DNA of 64,000 bases, from contig JAAYPO010000044.1 of assembly GCA_012519745.1 (NCBI GenBank), positions 6,239 through 70,238 of the forward strand. Direction: 5' to 3'. This stretch comes from Clostridiaceae bacterium. GTDB taxonomy: Bacteria > Bacillota > Clostridia > Acetivibrionales > DTU013. The notes under the pieces were generated by a model that saw only the letters and a program-made list of their open reading frames with translations, did not search any database and was not told the origin of the DNA. This document shows, one piece after another, positions 54,293-64,000 of this stretch. Both the position numbers and the translations under genes were made by a program. Position 1 is the stretch's first letter. Each line of letters starts with the position of its first letter.

Positions 54293-54384
54293 ATAATTCC
54301 CTTATTTGAGAATGATAAACACTTGGGGAGGCCACTTGAACAAGATGCTGATTGCAAATGTGGCTGAAGTTTTGTAAAAACTGG

Positions 54385-54414
54385 TGGAATTATACCACGG
54401 TGTTTTGCTATAAT
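54385..54414 (+). promoter_or_regulatory. Possible internal promoter (extended -10) in the 154-nt hisC-hisB gap
   Basis: TGcTATAAT at 54406-14, with a weak -35 TGGAAT at 54385-90. Confidence 0.3.
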
Positions 54415-54446
54415 TACGTAGGATAAGAGTTATATGGAGGTGCGAT

Positions 54447-55034
54447 ATGTCCAGAAGCACGGAATTGAGCAGAAAAACAGCTGAGACCGATATCTCGCTG
54501 AGGCTTGACATCGACGGAAGCGGCAGCTCGTCTGCAGATACAGGAGTCGGATTCCTGGATCACATGCTGACACTGCTTTCAAGGCACGGACTGATGGACC
54601 TGGAGGTCAAAGCCACCGGCGATCTGCAGGTGGATGCTCACCATACGGTGGAGGATGTCGGTATAGTACTCGGACAGGCGTTGAAGCAGGCGCTGGGGGA
54701 CAAAAGATCCATTAAGCGCTATGGGACTGCTTATGTTCCGATGGATGAGGCGCTTGCCATGGTTTCGGTGGATATCGGAGGCCGTCCCTACCTGGTATGC
54801 AATATCAAATTCGCAGGAGAACGCGTGGGAGATATGGATACGGAGCTGGTCGAGGAATTCTTCAGAGCTGTTTCGGTGAATGCCGGTATGAATATCCACA
54901 TCAATGTGATGTACGGAAGCAACAACCACCATATCGCAGAGGCTGTATTCAAGGCGTTCGGCAGGGCGCTGGACGAGGCGGCAGGCTTTGACGGGCGCAT
55001 AGACGGAGTAATGTCCACAAAGGGAATGCTCTGA
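54447..55034 (+). CDS. hisB: Imidazoleglycerol-phosphate dehydratase
   Basis: 195 aa. The sequence has ..R.T.ET.I.(L/V).L.(L/I)DG.G.. and ..D.HHT.ED.GI.LG.., ..G.N.HH..E..FKA. Confidence 0.93.
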   Translation: MSRSTELSRKTAETDISLRLDIDGSGSSSADTGVGFLDHMLTLLSRHGLMDLEVKATGDLQVDAHHTVEDVGIVLGQALKQALGDKRSIKRYGTAYVPMDEALAMVSVDIGGRPYLVCNIKFAGERVGDMDTELVEEFFRAVSVNAGMNIHINVMYGSNNHHIAEAVFKAFGRALDEAAGFDGRIDGVMSTKGML

Positions 55035-55098
55035 GTGATATGACAGCGGTGCATTTTAATGATCGAAGGAATCGATTCTATTAATGAAAGGATAATAT

Positions 55099-55989
55099 AT
55101 GCTGCTAAATGATACGAGCTTTATCGACAAACCGCTATTTATCAAGGGGAAGGTGAGAAATGTATATGATCTGGGGGATAAGCTGCTGATCGTAGTAACC
55201 GACAGGATATCAGCTTTTGATGTTGTGTTCCCTAATCTTATCCCCAATAAGGGAAAGGTACTCAACAGCATATCGGAATTCTGGTTTGGTTTCACCTCGG
55301 GTATAATAGGAAACCACATGATCACCACCGACGTCTCTCAATACCCCGACGGACTTTCAGATTTCACACAGGAGCTGCAGGGAAGATCCATGCTGGTGCA
55401 TAAGGTTGAGATGGCGCCGGCTGAATGCATAGTGAGAGGCTATCTGGAAGGCTCAGGCCTGAAGGAGTACAATGAATCCGGGTCCATATGCGGCACAAAG
55501 CTGCCGGCTGGACTGAGGCAGGGCGACAAGCTGCCCGAGCCGATATTCACCCCGTCCACCAAAGCGTCTGAAGGTCATGATATAAATGTTTCCTTTGAAG
55601 AGCTGGTAAAAAGCATAGGACGGAAATTTGCAGAGCAGCTGAGAGACAAAAGCATCGCCCTCTATAAGGCGGCTGCCCGCCATGCTGAGGGCAGAGGCAT
55701 CATCCTTGCCGATACGAAGTTTGAGTTCGGGATGCTGGACGGGAAGCTGGTGTTTGCTGACGAAGCATTCACGCCGGACTCCTCAAGGTTTTGGGATATG
55801 GCCGACTATGAGCCCGGCAGGCAGCAGAAGAGCTTTGACAAGCAGTTTGTCAGAGAGTACCTTGAAAGCATAAAATGGAACAAACAGCCCCCGGCGCCGG
55901 TACTGCCGGAGGATGTTATCCGTAAAACAGAGGGAAAATATATCCAAGCATATGAAAGAATAACAGGAAAAAGGCTGGTACAAATTTGA
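55099..55989 (+). CDS. purC: Phosphoribosylaminoimidazole-succinocarboxamide (SAICAR) synthase
   Basis: 296 aa. The sequence reads ..GKVRNVYDLGDKLLIVVTDRISAFDVV.PN.IP.KG.VLN.IS.FWF.. and ..ILADTKFEFG... It is embedded between hisB and hisH, and its stop overlaps the hisH start. Confidence 0.92.
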   Translation: MLLNDTSFIDKPLFIKGKVRNVYDLGDKLLIVVTDRISAFDVVFPNLIPNKGKVLNSISEFWFGFTSGIIGNHMITTDVSQYPDGLSDFTQELQGRSMLVHKVEMAPAECIVRGYLEGSGLKEYNESGSICGTKLPAGLRQGDKLPEPIFTPSTKASEGHDINVSFEELVKSIGRKFAEQLRDKSIALYKAAARHAEGRGIILADTKFEFGMLDGKLVFADEAFTPDSSRFWDMADYEPGRQQKSFDKQFVREYLESIKWNKQPPAPVLPEDVIRKTEGKYIQAYERITGKRLVQI

Positions 55990-56594
55990 TCGCAATAATA
56001 GATTACGGAGTGGGAAATCTCGGCAGTGTGGAGAAGGCGCTGAAGTTCATCGGACTTAAGGCGGTGGTCACCTCCGATGCTGGAGTCATCGGGAGGGCCG
56101 ATGGTGTAGTGCTTCCCGGCGTAGGAGCATTTTCATCCGCAATGGCCAGCCTAGAAAGCCATGGGCTGGTACAGGCGGTAAAGGATATAGTCAGGGAAAA
56201 CAGGCTGTTTTTTGGGATCTGCCTGGGCATGCAGATGCTCTTTGAGCACAGTGAAGAAGGCGGAGGTAAAGTCGAAGGCCTAAGCCTTTTCAAAGGAGAG
56301 GTCAGGGCTTTGTCAGGGGATATGGGGCTAAAGGTGCCCCATATGGGATGGAACTCGCTGGACATCAGTGACTGCCCGCTGTATAAGGGACTGCCGGATA
56401 AACCATATGTCTACTTTGTACATTCCTTTTATCTGAATGCCGGGGACAAATCGATGGTCACAGCGACCTGTGACTATGGAGTTACCTTCGATGCTGCCAT
56501 TGGAAGCGGACGAGTCTTTGCGACGCAGTTCCATCCGGAAAAGAGCGGAGAGACAGGGCTGACGATACTTAAAAACTGGGCCGGACTGATATAA
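55986..56594 (+). CDS. hisH: Imidazole glycerol phosphate synthase, glutamine amidotransferase subunit
   Basis: TTG start. The N-terminus is MIAIIDYGVGNL.SV.KAL. The catalytic site reads ..GICLGMQ(M/L)LF.. and ..QFHPEKS. Confidence 0.93.
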   Translation: MIAIIDYGVGNLGSVEKALKFIGLKAVVTSDAGVIGRADGVVLPGVGAFSSAMASLESHGLVQAVKDIVRENRLFFGICLGMQMLFEHSEEGGGKVEGLSLFKGEVRALSGDMGLKVPHMGWNSLDISDCPLYKGLPDKPYVYFVHSFYLNAGDKSMVTATCDYGVTFDAAIGSGRVFATQFHPEKSGETGLTILKNWAGLI

Positions 56595-56700
56595 CAAGGC
56601 GTTTTAACGAGGCGGGCATATCTCCCGGCAACGAGGCTTTTTAAAATGATGCGTCATAATGTAAATAATACAAATACACAACATGACAGGAGTTGAAGAT

Positions 56701-57414
56701 ATGATTATCTATCCCGCGATCGACATAAAGGACGGCAGATGCGTCAGACTGGTGCAGGGCCAGTTCAGTGATGTGACGGTATACTCTGACAATCCTATTG
56801 AAATGGCTTTCAAATTTGAGCAAATGGGCGCAGAGTACATCCATGTGGTGGATCTGGACGGGGCCAGGCTGGGAAGTCCCCAGAATACAGCAGTCATAAG
56901 CGAGATGGCGGTAAAGCTCGGTATCCCGGTCCAGTTGGGAGGCGGCATCAGAACCATCGAAACCATCGAGATAATACTCTGCAAAGGAATTGAAAGAGTG
57001 ATCCTTGGAACCTCGGCGGTGAATGACCAGGAGCTTGTAAAGAAGGCTGTGGGCAGCTTCGGAAAGAACCTGGCAGTGGCGATAGATGCAAAGGACGGGC
57101 TTGTGGCCATCGAGGGATGGGCAAAGACAAGCGAGTTTGCGGCGATAGGCTTTGCAAAGAAGATGGAGGAGCTTGGCGCAAGCATCATCATTTACACCGA
57201 CATATCCAGGGATGGGATGCTGAAGGGACCTAACCTGAAGGCGATGGAGGAGATGGTCAAGGCTGTGGGGATAGATGTCATCGCCTCCGGAGGAGTCACA
57301 AGCCTGCAGGATATCAAGGATCTGAAGAATATCGGCGTTTCAGGAGCCATAGTAGGAAAGGCCCTGTATACCGGTGATGTGGATCTGAGAGAGGCCATTG
57401 CCGCAGCAAAGTAA
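56701..57414 (+). CDS. hisA: ProFAR isomerase
   Basis: ATG 56701, with AGGAG 8 nt upstream. The sequence starts MIIYPAIDIKDGRCVRL.QG and contains ..GGGIR.., ..ASGG(V/I)(T/S)...D(I/L). Confidence 0.93.
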   Translation: MIIYPAIDIKDGRCVRLVQGQFSDVTVYSDNPIEMAFKFEQMGAEYIHVVDLDGARLGSPQNTAVISEMAVKLGIPVQLGGGIRTIETIEIILCKGIERVILGTSAVNDQELVKKAVGSFGKNLAVAIDAKDGLVAIEGWAKTSEFAAIGFAKKMEELGASIIIYTDISRDGMLKGPNLKAMEEMVKAVGIDVIASGGVTSLQDIKDLKNIGVSGAIVGKALYTGDVDLREAIAAAK

Positions 57415-57437
57415 TATTGAAGGAAGAGGTGCAGTAA

Positions 57438-58199
57438 ATGCATACTAAACGGATAATACCATGCCTTGATGTTCTTGACGGGAGAGTCGTAAAGGGAGTG
57501 AATTTCGTCAATTTCAAGGATGCAGGCGACCCTGTGGAGAATGCCGCATTTTATGACAAAGCCGGAGCAGATGAGCTGACCTTTCTTGACATCACTGCAT
57601 CAGCGGATGCCAGAAGCATCATGATCGACGTGGTGCGCCGGGTGGCAGAGCATGTTTTCATCCCCTTCACAGTGGGGGGCGGGATCAGGACCTGTGATGA
57701 TTTCAGGGAGATACTCAAGGCAGGTGCAGACAAGGTTTCTGTCAATTCGGCAGCTCTGAAGAGGCCTGAGCTCATATCTGAGGCGGCGGAGCTTTTTGGC
57801 AGCCAGTGCGTGGTGGTTGCCATCGATGCAAAAAGACGGACGGGCGCAGACGGATGGGACGTTTATCTCAACGGCGGGCGTGTCAATACGGGTCTGGATG
57901 CAGTGGAATGGGCGGTCCGTGCCGAGAAGCTGGGAGCGGGTGAGATACTTCTGACAAGCATGGACTGTGACGGCACAAAAAACGGGTATGATATAGAGCT
58001 GACGAGGGCAGTCTCGGAAAGCACGGGCATACCGGTAATAGCTTCGGGGGGAGCAGGAAGTATGGAACATTTTTATGAGGCTTTGACCGAAGGCAAGGCG
58101 GATGCGGTGCTGGCGGCATCGCTGTTCCACTTCAGGGAACTGGAGATACGCGATGTCAAGGCATATCTCAAAGAAAAAGGGATAGAAGTGAGGGCGTGA
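57438..58199 (+). CDS. hisF: Imidazole glycerol phosphate synthase, cyclase subunit
   Basis: 253 aa. The sequence has ..[18 protein letters not shown]....AGDPVE.A..Y...GADEL.FLDITAS... Confidence 0.95.
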   Translation: MHTKRIIPCLDVLDGRVVKGVNFVNFKDAGDPVENAAFYDKAGADELTFLDITASADARSIMIDVVRRVAEHVFIPFTVGGGIRTCDDFREILKAGADKVSVNSAALKRPELISEAAELFGSQCVVVAIDAKRRTGADGWDVYLNGGRVNTGLDAVEWAVRAEKLGAGEILLTSMDCDGTKNGYDIELTRAVSESTGIPVIASGGAGSMEHFYEALTEGKADAVLAASLFHFRELEIRDVKAYLKEKGIEVRA

Positions 58200-58200
58200 A

Positions 58201-58908
58201 ATGGCGAACATTCTGGAAATGGTAAAATACAATGCCGATGGGCTTGTACCTGCAGCAGCACAGGACATCAGGACCGATGAGGTGCTGATGCTTGCATATA
58301 TGAATGAGGAGTCGCTGAAGAAGACCATCGAAACAGGATTGGTCCACTACTACAGCAGGAGCAGACAAAAGCTGTGGTGCAAGGGTGAGACCTCCGGGCA
58401 CTATCAGAAGGTCAGAAGCATCAGTATCGACTGTGACGGCGATACACTGCTTATCAAGGTGGAACAGACCGGGGCGGCATGTCATACCGGCCACCGCTCG
58501 TGCTTCTTCACCAGGCTGGAGACAGACGAGCTAAAGGCAGGAGCAGGCATGATATCTGATACGGCTGCTGCCGGAAACGACAGCGTTCCTGATTTTGCCC
58601 CAGACAATACTGCCGGCACCGATACTGCCGGGGCCGAAGTCCTGGGGAAGGTATTTGGTGTAATATGTGACCGAAAGGCACACCCGAAGGAAGGCTCATA
58701 TACAAACTATCTTTTTACCAAGGGGCTTGACAAGATACTCAAAAAGGTCGGAGAGGAGGCCTGTGAGGTAGTCATAGCATCGAAAAACGGATCGCCCGGA
58801 GACATCAGTGCCGAGGTTGCGGACCTCTTTTATCATATAATGGTCCTTCTGGCACAGCAGGGAATGACATTGAATGATATATACGAAGAATTGAAAAAAC
58901 GAGAGTAA
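58201..58908 (+). CDS. hisIE: Bifunctional phosphoribosyl-AMP cyclohydrolase / phosphoribosyl-ATP pyrophosphatase with a ~45-aa low-complexity linker
   Basis: The HisI part reads (..GLVPAAAQD......LM.AYMN.E(S/A)L..T......YSRSR..LW.KGE(T/S)SG..Q). A linker follows. The HisE part reads (..SYT.YLF..G.DKI.KK.GEEA.EV.IA.KN). Confidence 0.9.
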   Translation: MANILEMVKYNADGLVPAAAQDIRTDEVLMLAYMNEESLKKTIETGLVHYYSRSRQKLWCKGETSGHYQKVRSISIDCDGDTLLIKVEQTGAACHTGHRSCFFTRLETDELKAGAGMISDTAAAGNDSVPDFAPDNTAGTDTAGAEVLGKVFGVICDRKAHPKEGSYTNYLFTKGLDKILKKVGEEACEVVIASKNGSPGDISAEVADLFYHIMVLLAQQGMTLNDIYEELKKRE

Positions 58909-58994
58909 CACAGAAAAACGATGAAATTTCATACAACAGCCGGATAATCGCGCCAATTACTTCTAAAACGGCACATTTTAGAAAAAACGCATAT

Positions 58995-59024
58995 TTGATT
59001 ATAAAATGGATAATATATTATATT
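58995..59024 (+). promoter_or_regulatory. Putative groESL promoter
   Basis: TTGATT (58995-59000), 18-nt spacer, TATATT (59019-24). It lies immediately upstream of CIRCE. Confidence 0.4.
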
Positions 59025-59034
59025 ATTAATGTGA

Positions 59035-59384
<350 letters not shown>

Positions 59385-59419
59385 TAGGCGGGCAATCGCT
59401 TGAAAATATTAAATGCTGA

Positions 59420-61066
<1,647 letters not shown>

Positions 61067-61095
61067 TCCATTAAACAATTTGATGTAATCAACAT

Positions 61096-61130
61096 AGAGG
61101 AATGCTGCAGATGCGGCATTCCTCTTTATT
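61096..61130 (+). terminator. groESL terminator
   Basis: agaggaatgc, 10-nt loop, gcattcctct, followed by ttatt. Confidence 0.65.
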
Positions 61131-61270
61131 GTGCCGAATTATACAATGAATCCGCCGGACGCCGCATGCCCCTGGGACACAGTGGGCATCGGTCAAATCA
61201 CAGCATTGGAAACATAAATCGGTCCTGTTTCGTCTATTCTATAGTTGAACTTATCGGGGAGGACTGACTA

Positions 61271-62095
61271 GTGAAGAGAGTATTTTCCTTAATAATAGCA
61301 ATGCTTTTGATTTTTACCATGACTGCATGCTCACAGCCAGACACAGTGAAGCCTGGGTCTGCTGCAGTAAATGAAGGGAGCAGTGCAGCAGATGACAATA
61401 TGAGCACAGATAAGGGACAGGATCCAGGCGCTGTAATGAGAGTCAAGGTGATGAACATGGACAGCAGCTCGTTCCTTGCGGCAAGTATGGAAGAAGGAGC
61501 TAACGCAGCAGACATATACCGGATCAATGCAGAGAAGATCAAGCTATTTGACAAAAACAGCGTATCGGCAGACATTGATGAGCTGAAGACCGGTATGATA
61601 GTTGACATACACTACGATGGAGCTGTGATGGAAAGCTTTCCGATGCAGCTTGGCGGTATTGGAAGCATTCATATCAGGGAGGAGGGAGACGATATCGCAG
61701 GCCTCTATATGCAGGTAATAAAGGATCTGTACAAGGTGGATCCGGGACTCAACAGCGATATCCAGCGGCTGGCATTCGATCTCAATGGAGCACCAAACCT
61801 GACTGAAACGGAAAAAACCGCGCTGGTCTACTTGGCAGGCAATGAATTCGGACTTGAGACACTGCGTGGGACCTTCGAAGAATTGCGTGAGCAGGGCTAC
61901 ATCGATAAGGATCTGCTCGCTTTTGAAACGGGACTGCTTTATACCATAGAGGTCAAGTCCCAAGAGGAGGACAGCTTTGTGTTTGATGCCCGAAAATGGC
62001 GCGGCGGAGACGGAGCATACTACTTTCTCAACTGTACTGCCAAAAAGGGGAAGGATGGCTGGACCTACACTATCGGCGGAGAAGCGATCTCGTGA
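61271..62095 (+). CDS. Hypothetical lipoprotein
   Basis: GTG 61271, with GGGGAGGA 8 nt upstream. The signal is MKRVFSLIIAMLLIFTMTAC. I recognise no family. Confidence 0.65.
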   Translation: MKRVFSLIIAMLLIFTMTACSQPDTVKPGSAAVNEGSSAADDNMSTDKGQDPGAVMRVKVMNMDSSSFLAASMEEGANAADIYRINAEKIKLFDKNSVSADIDELKTGMIVDIHYDGAVMESFPMQLGGIGSIHIREEGDDIAGLYMQVIKDLYKVDPGLNSDIQRLAFDLNGAPNLTETEKTALVYLAGNEFGLETLRGTFEELREQGYIDKDLLAFETGLLYTIEVKSQEEDSFVFDARKWRGGDGAYYFLNCTAKKGKDGWTYTIGGEAIS

Positions 62096-62108
62096 CATCC
62101 TAGTTGGG

Positions 62109-63023
62109 TCACACTGCGATCAGCCAGTTGTTCTGCCTCCTGTATTCGCTGGGTGAGACACCGTAATGCTTTCGGAACTGCCTGCCGAAATGTGCAGGAT
62201 CATTGAAGCCTACCCGTTCATATATCTCAGCTATGGGAAGAGTTGTATCCTTCAGCATCTGTGAAGCTATGTAAAGGCGCAGCCTCATCAGATATGTCAT
62301 GATGGTCGTACCGGTGGTTTCAAGGAAGTCTCTGCCAAGGGATGTCCGGTTAATGTGGAACTTTTTCGTAAGCTGGGCCAGTGTTATCCTGCGGAAGTAA
62401 TTGGCATGCAGATATTGTATTACTTCGTCTATTTCGTCATTTTCCCTGCTTAAACATATATATTCTGTGGACTGAGGCTGGTCCTGGAGCCCCGAGAGTA
62501 AAAACAGAAGCTCTATCACATGAGAGCGGCTCCTGCATGGCCAGTATCCATCAGGCTGCAGATCGATCTGGTCTTCTATGGAATCAAAAATCCCGCTTAT
62601 ACGTTTTGCCGTACCCGGTCCTATGTTCAACTGGCCTGTGAAGCCTCCCTGCCTCCGGCAGAAGGGACCCAGCCAGTAAATATCCTGCAGCTCGGTATAT
62701 GTAAGCTCGTCATCATCTGCGCGTATCTTGTCAAAATCCAAGGAAATATTGATCAAATCAGGATGGAACCAGACAGTCCTGGCGCTGCAGCTGCCGCAGT
62801 TTTCAAACCTGAAGATGTCAAGCTCATTAAAGCAGAATACGACAGGCGCAGCAAAAACATGCCTCCTGCTGCCGATCCTGATAATACCGCTGCCCTCCTC
62901 CACAAATATTATCCTTAGTGCTTCCCTGTATCCCTTATTGGGATCGAGAGCGCCCTCCCTGCCGCAGCGGAGGTTGATCCTATAGCCCGTTAGATTCTTC
63001 TTTCCTATTGTTGCAAGATCCAT
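62109..63023 (-). CDS. AraC-family transcriptional regulator (cupin-like N-domain plus HTH_18)
   Basis: I prefer ATG 63023 (AGGGTGA upstream). The track start is GTG 63029. The C-terminus reads ..ITLAQLTKKFHINRTSLGRDF...TG.TIM.YL...RL..A..ML.DT.LPI.EI...VGF.D..HF.R.F(R/K)K..G.SPSEYR. Confidence 0.88.
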   Translation of the reverse strand: MDLATIGKKNLTGYRINLRCGREGALDPNKGYREALRIIFVEEGSGIIRIGSRRHVFAAPVVFCFNELDIFRFENCGSCSARTVWFHPDLINISLDFDKIRADDDELTYTELQDIYWLGPFCRRQGGFTGQLNIGPGTAKRISGIFDSIEDQIDLQPDGYWPCRSRSHVIELLFLLSGLQDQPQSTEYICLSRENDEIDEVIQYLHANYFRRITLAQLTKKFHINRTSLGRDFLETTGTTIMTYLMRLRLYIASQMLKDTTLPIAEIYERVGFNDPAHFGRQFRKHYGVSPSEYRRQNNWLIAV

Positions 63024-63297
63024 AAACACATCACCCTATATTACTATTTCTGGATAATAAAAGTATATCAAAACTTGCCCGCGGGTAAGAGTAGAAAGAT
63101 TTGGGATGTTGGTAAGACTAATTTCGGTTGGGAGCCGGCTTGCATGATCCTCCAACTATCCCAGGGAGATAGCTGCATTTTTCAGGTCATGAATGCTTCT
63201 ATAAATTGTCGGCATTGATGTGATCCGCGTATACAGATATACTTATCTTGTAGGTGAATGGCCACTCCTTCACTAGAAAACAATGAGGTGATGATAT

Positions 63298-64000
63298 ATG
63301 AAACCGACACAAAAGGAATTGACACAATGGGCTATAGAGCAAATACAGAAGAAATACAAGGATGATGTGGCTCTGCTGATAGGTATCTCGGGACATGCGC
63401 TGGAAGATGACTGCCACGGAGAGTGTTTCGACTATTTCGTACCGGCAAACGAAAATGGAAACAAGCTGGGACAGACGTTCATCATAGACGGTGTGGGACA
63501 TGATCTGTATCCCCGTTCCTGGCAGCGGATCGAGAACATGGCGAATTTCGATGACGATTTTACATACGGCCTTGCTGATGCAATCATATTGTATTACAGG
63601 AGCGAAGAGGATCTGAAGCGCTTCAGGGCAATGCAGGACAAGCTGAGAGCAAACCTTGCGGATAAGGGATTCATGTTGAAAAAGGCTCTTGAGAAGCTAG
63701 ATGCAGCTATGGATATATACCGCACTATGATGTTTGAGGAGAGGCTCTGCAAGGTGAGGATGGCCGCGGGGTTTATCGCACGCTACCTTTCTGTCGCTGT
63801 GGCCGGTATGAACGGGTCATATTTCAGACAAAGACTTGATCTGGAAACCGTGGAACTGGCTCAGATGAAGGAGATACCGGAAAACTTCATCCCGTGCTTC
63901 GAAGGGATAGTCAAGGCTAAGTCCGTCGATGAACTGCGAAGATACAGCCATGAGATCATCAGCACAACGCGGAAATTCATTGCGGAACACAAGCAGACAA
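63298..64000 (+). CDS. Hypothetical protein (3' end beyond the window)
   Basis: The frame is open from ATG 63298 to the window end, so it is absent from the ORF track. GAGGTG lies 7 nt upstream. The sequence starts MKPTQKELTQWAIEQIQKKYKDDVALLIGISGHALEDDCHGECFDYFVPANENGNKL... I recognise no family. Confidence 0.6.
   Translation, partial: MKPTQKELTQWAIEQIQKKYKDDVALLIGISGHALEDDCHGECFDYFVPANENGNKLGQTFIIDGVGHDLYPRSWQRIENMANFDDDFTYGLADAIILYYRSEEDLKRFRAMQDKLRANLADKGFMLKKALEKLDAAMDIYRTMMFEERLCKVRMAAGFIARYLSVAVAGMNGSYFRQRLDLETVELAQMKEIPENFIPCFEGIVKAKSVDELRRYSHEIISTTRKFIAEHKQT

Overview
Chromosomal segment of a spore-forming, SLH-bearing Clostridia-class Firmicute, by eye roughly half G+C. It is densely coding and mostly housekeeping or carbohydrate-utilisation genes.

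Gene content, left to right:
- A partial SLH/FN3-repeat surface protein.
- A HlyD-ABC-FtsX efflux operon whose permease is split by a frameshift.
- Scattered glycoside hydrolases (GH3, GH94, GH1, GH43, GH95).
- metA and metY, hpf, and a ytfI/ytfJ-like sporulation pair.
- A Fur-family regulator, an acyl-ACP thioesterase and tkt.
- Two tandem orphan solute-binding proteins.
- znuACB behind a perfect 31-bp palindromic Fur-family box.
- A csoR / tlpA-ccdA / glutaredoxin-like redox cluster.
- pcrA, an HDOD protein and a repeat-rich amidase.
- A complete his operon (hisZGDCB-purC-hisHAFIE).
- CIRCE-controlled groESL and an AraC regulator.

I found no rRNA, tRNA or CRISPR array, and no recognisable multi-gene defence or secretion island.

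The signals I consider most worth follow-up are non-coding:
1. A same-orientation DnaA-box cluster plus an AT-rich tract at 13.45-13.74 kb, with no dnaA nearby and a gene-orientation switch around it.
2. A dispersed family of mosaic intergenic repeat islands (22.1-23.1, 27.07-27.33 and 49.45-49.71 kb). They are built from a ~14-nt motif (TTGCAAGTAAAG-like) arrayed with a 41-bp period, ACATAA...TTATGT hairpins, and terminator-like inverted-repeat modules. One copy has ~75-bp terminal inverted repeats abutting a truncated gene.
3. Two textbook CsoR-type operators in the divergent ccdA-tlpA / glutaredoxin-like promoter region, with no copper-efflux genes.

Start codons were refined by hand from RBS spacing. 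All functional calls rest on motif or family recognition from the translations, not on database searches.
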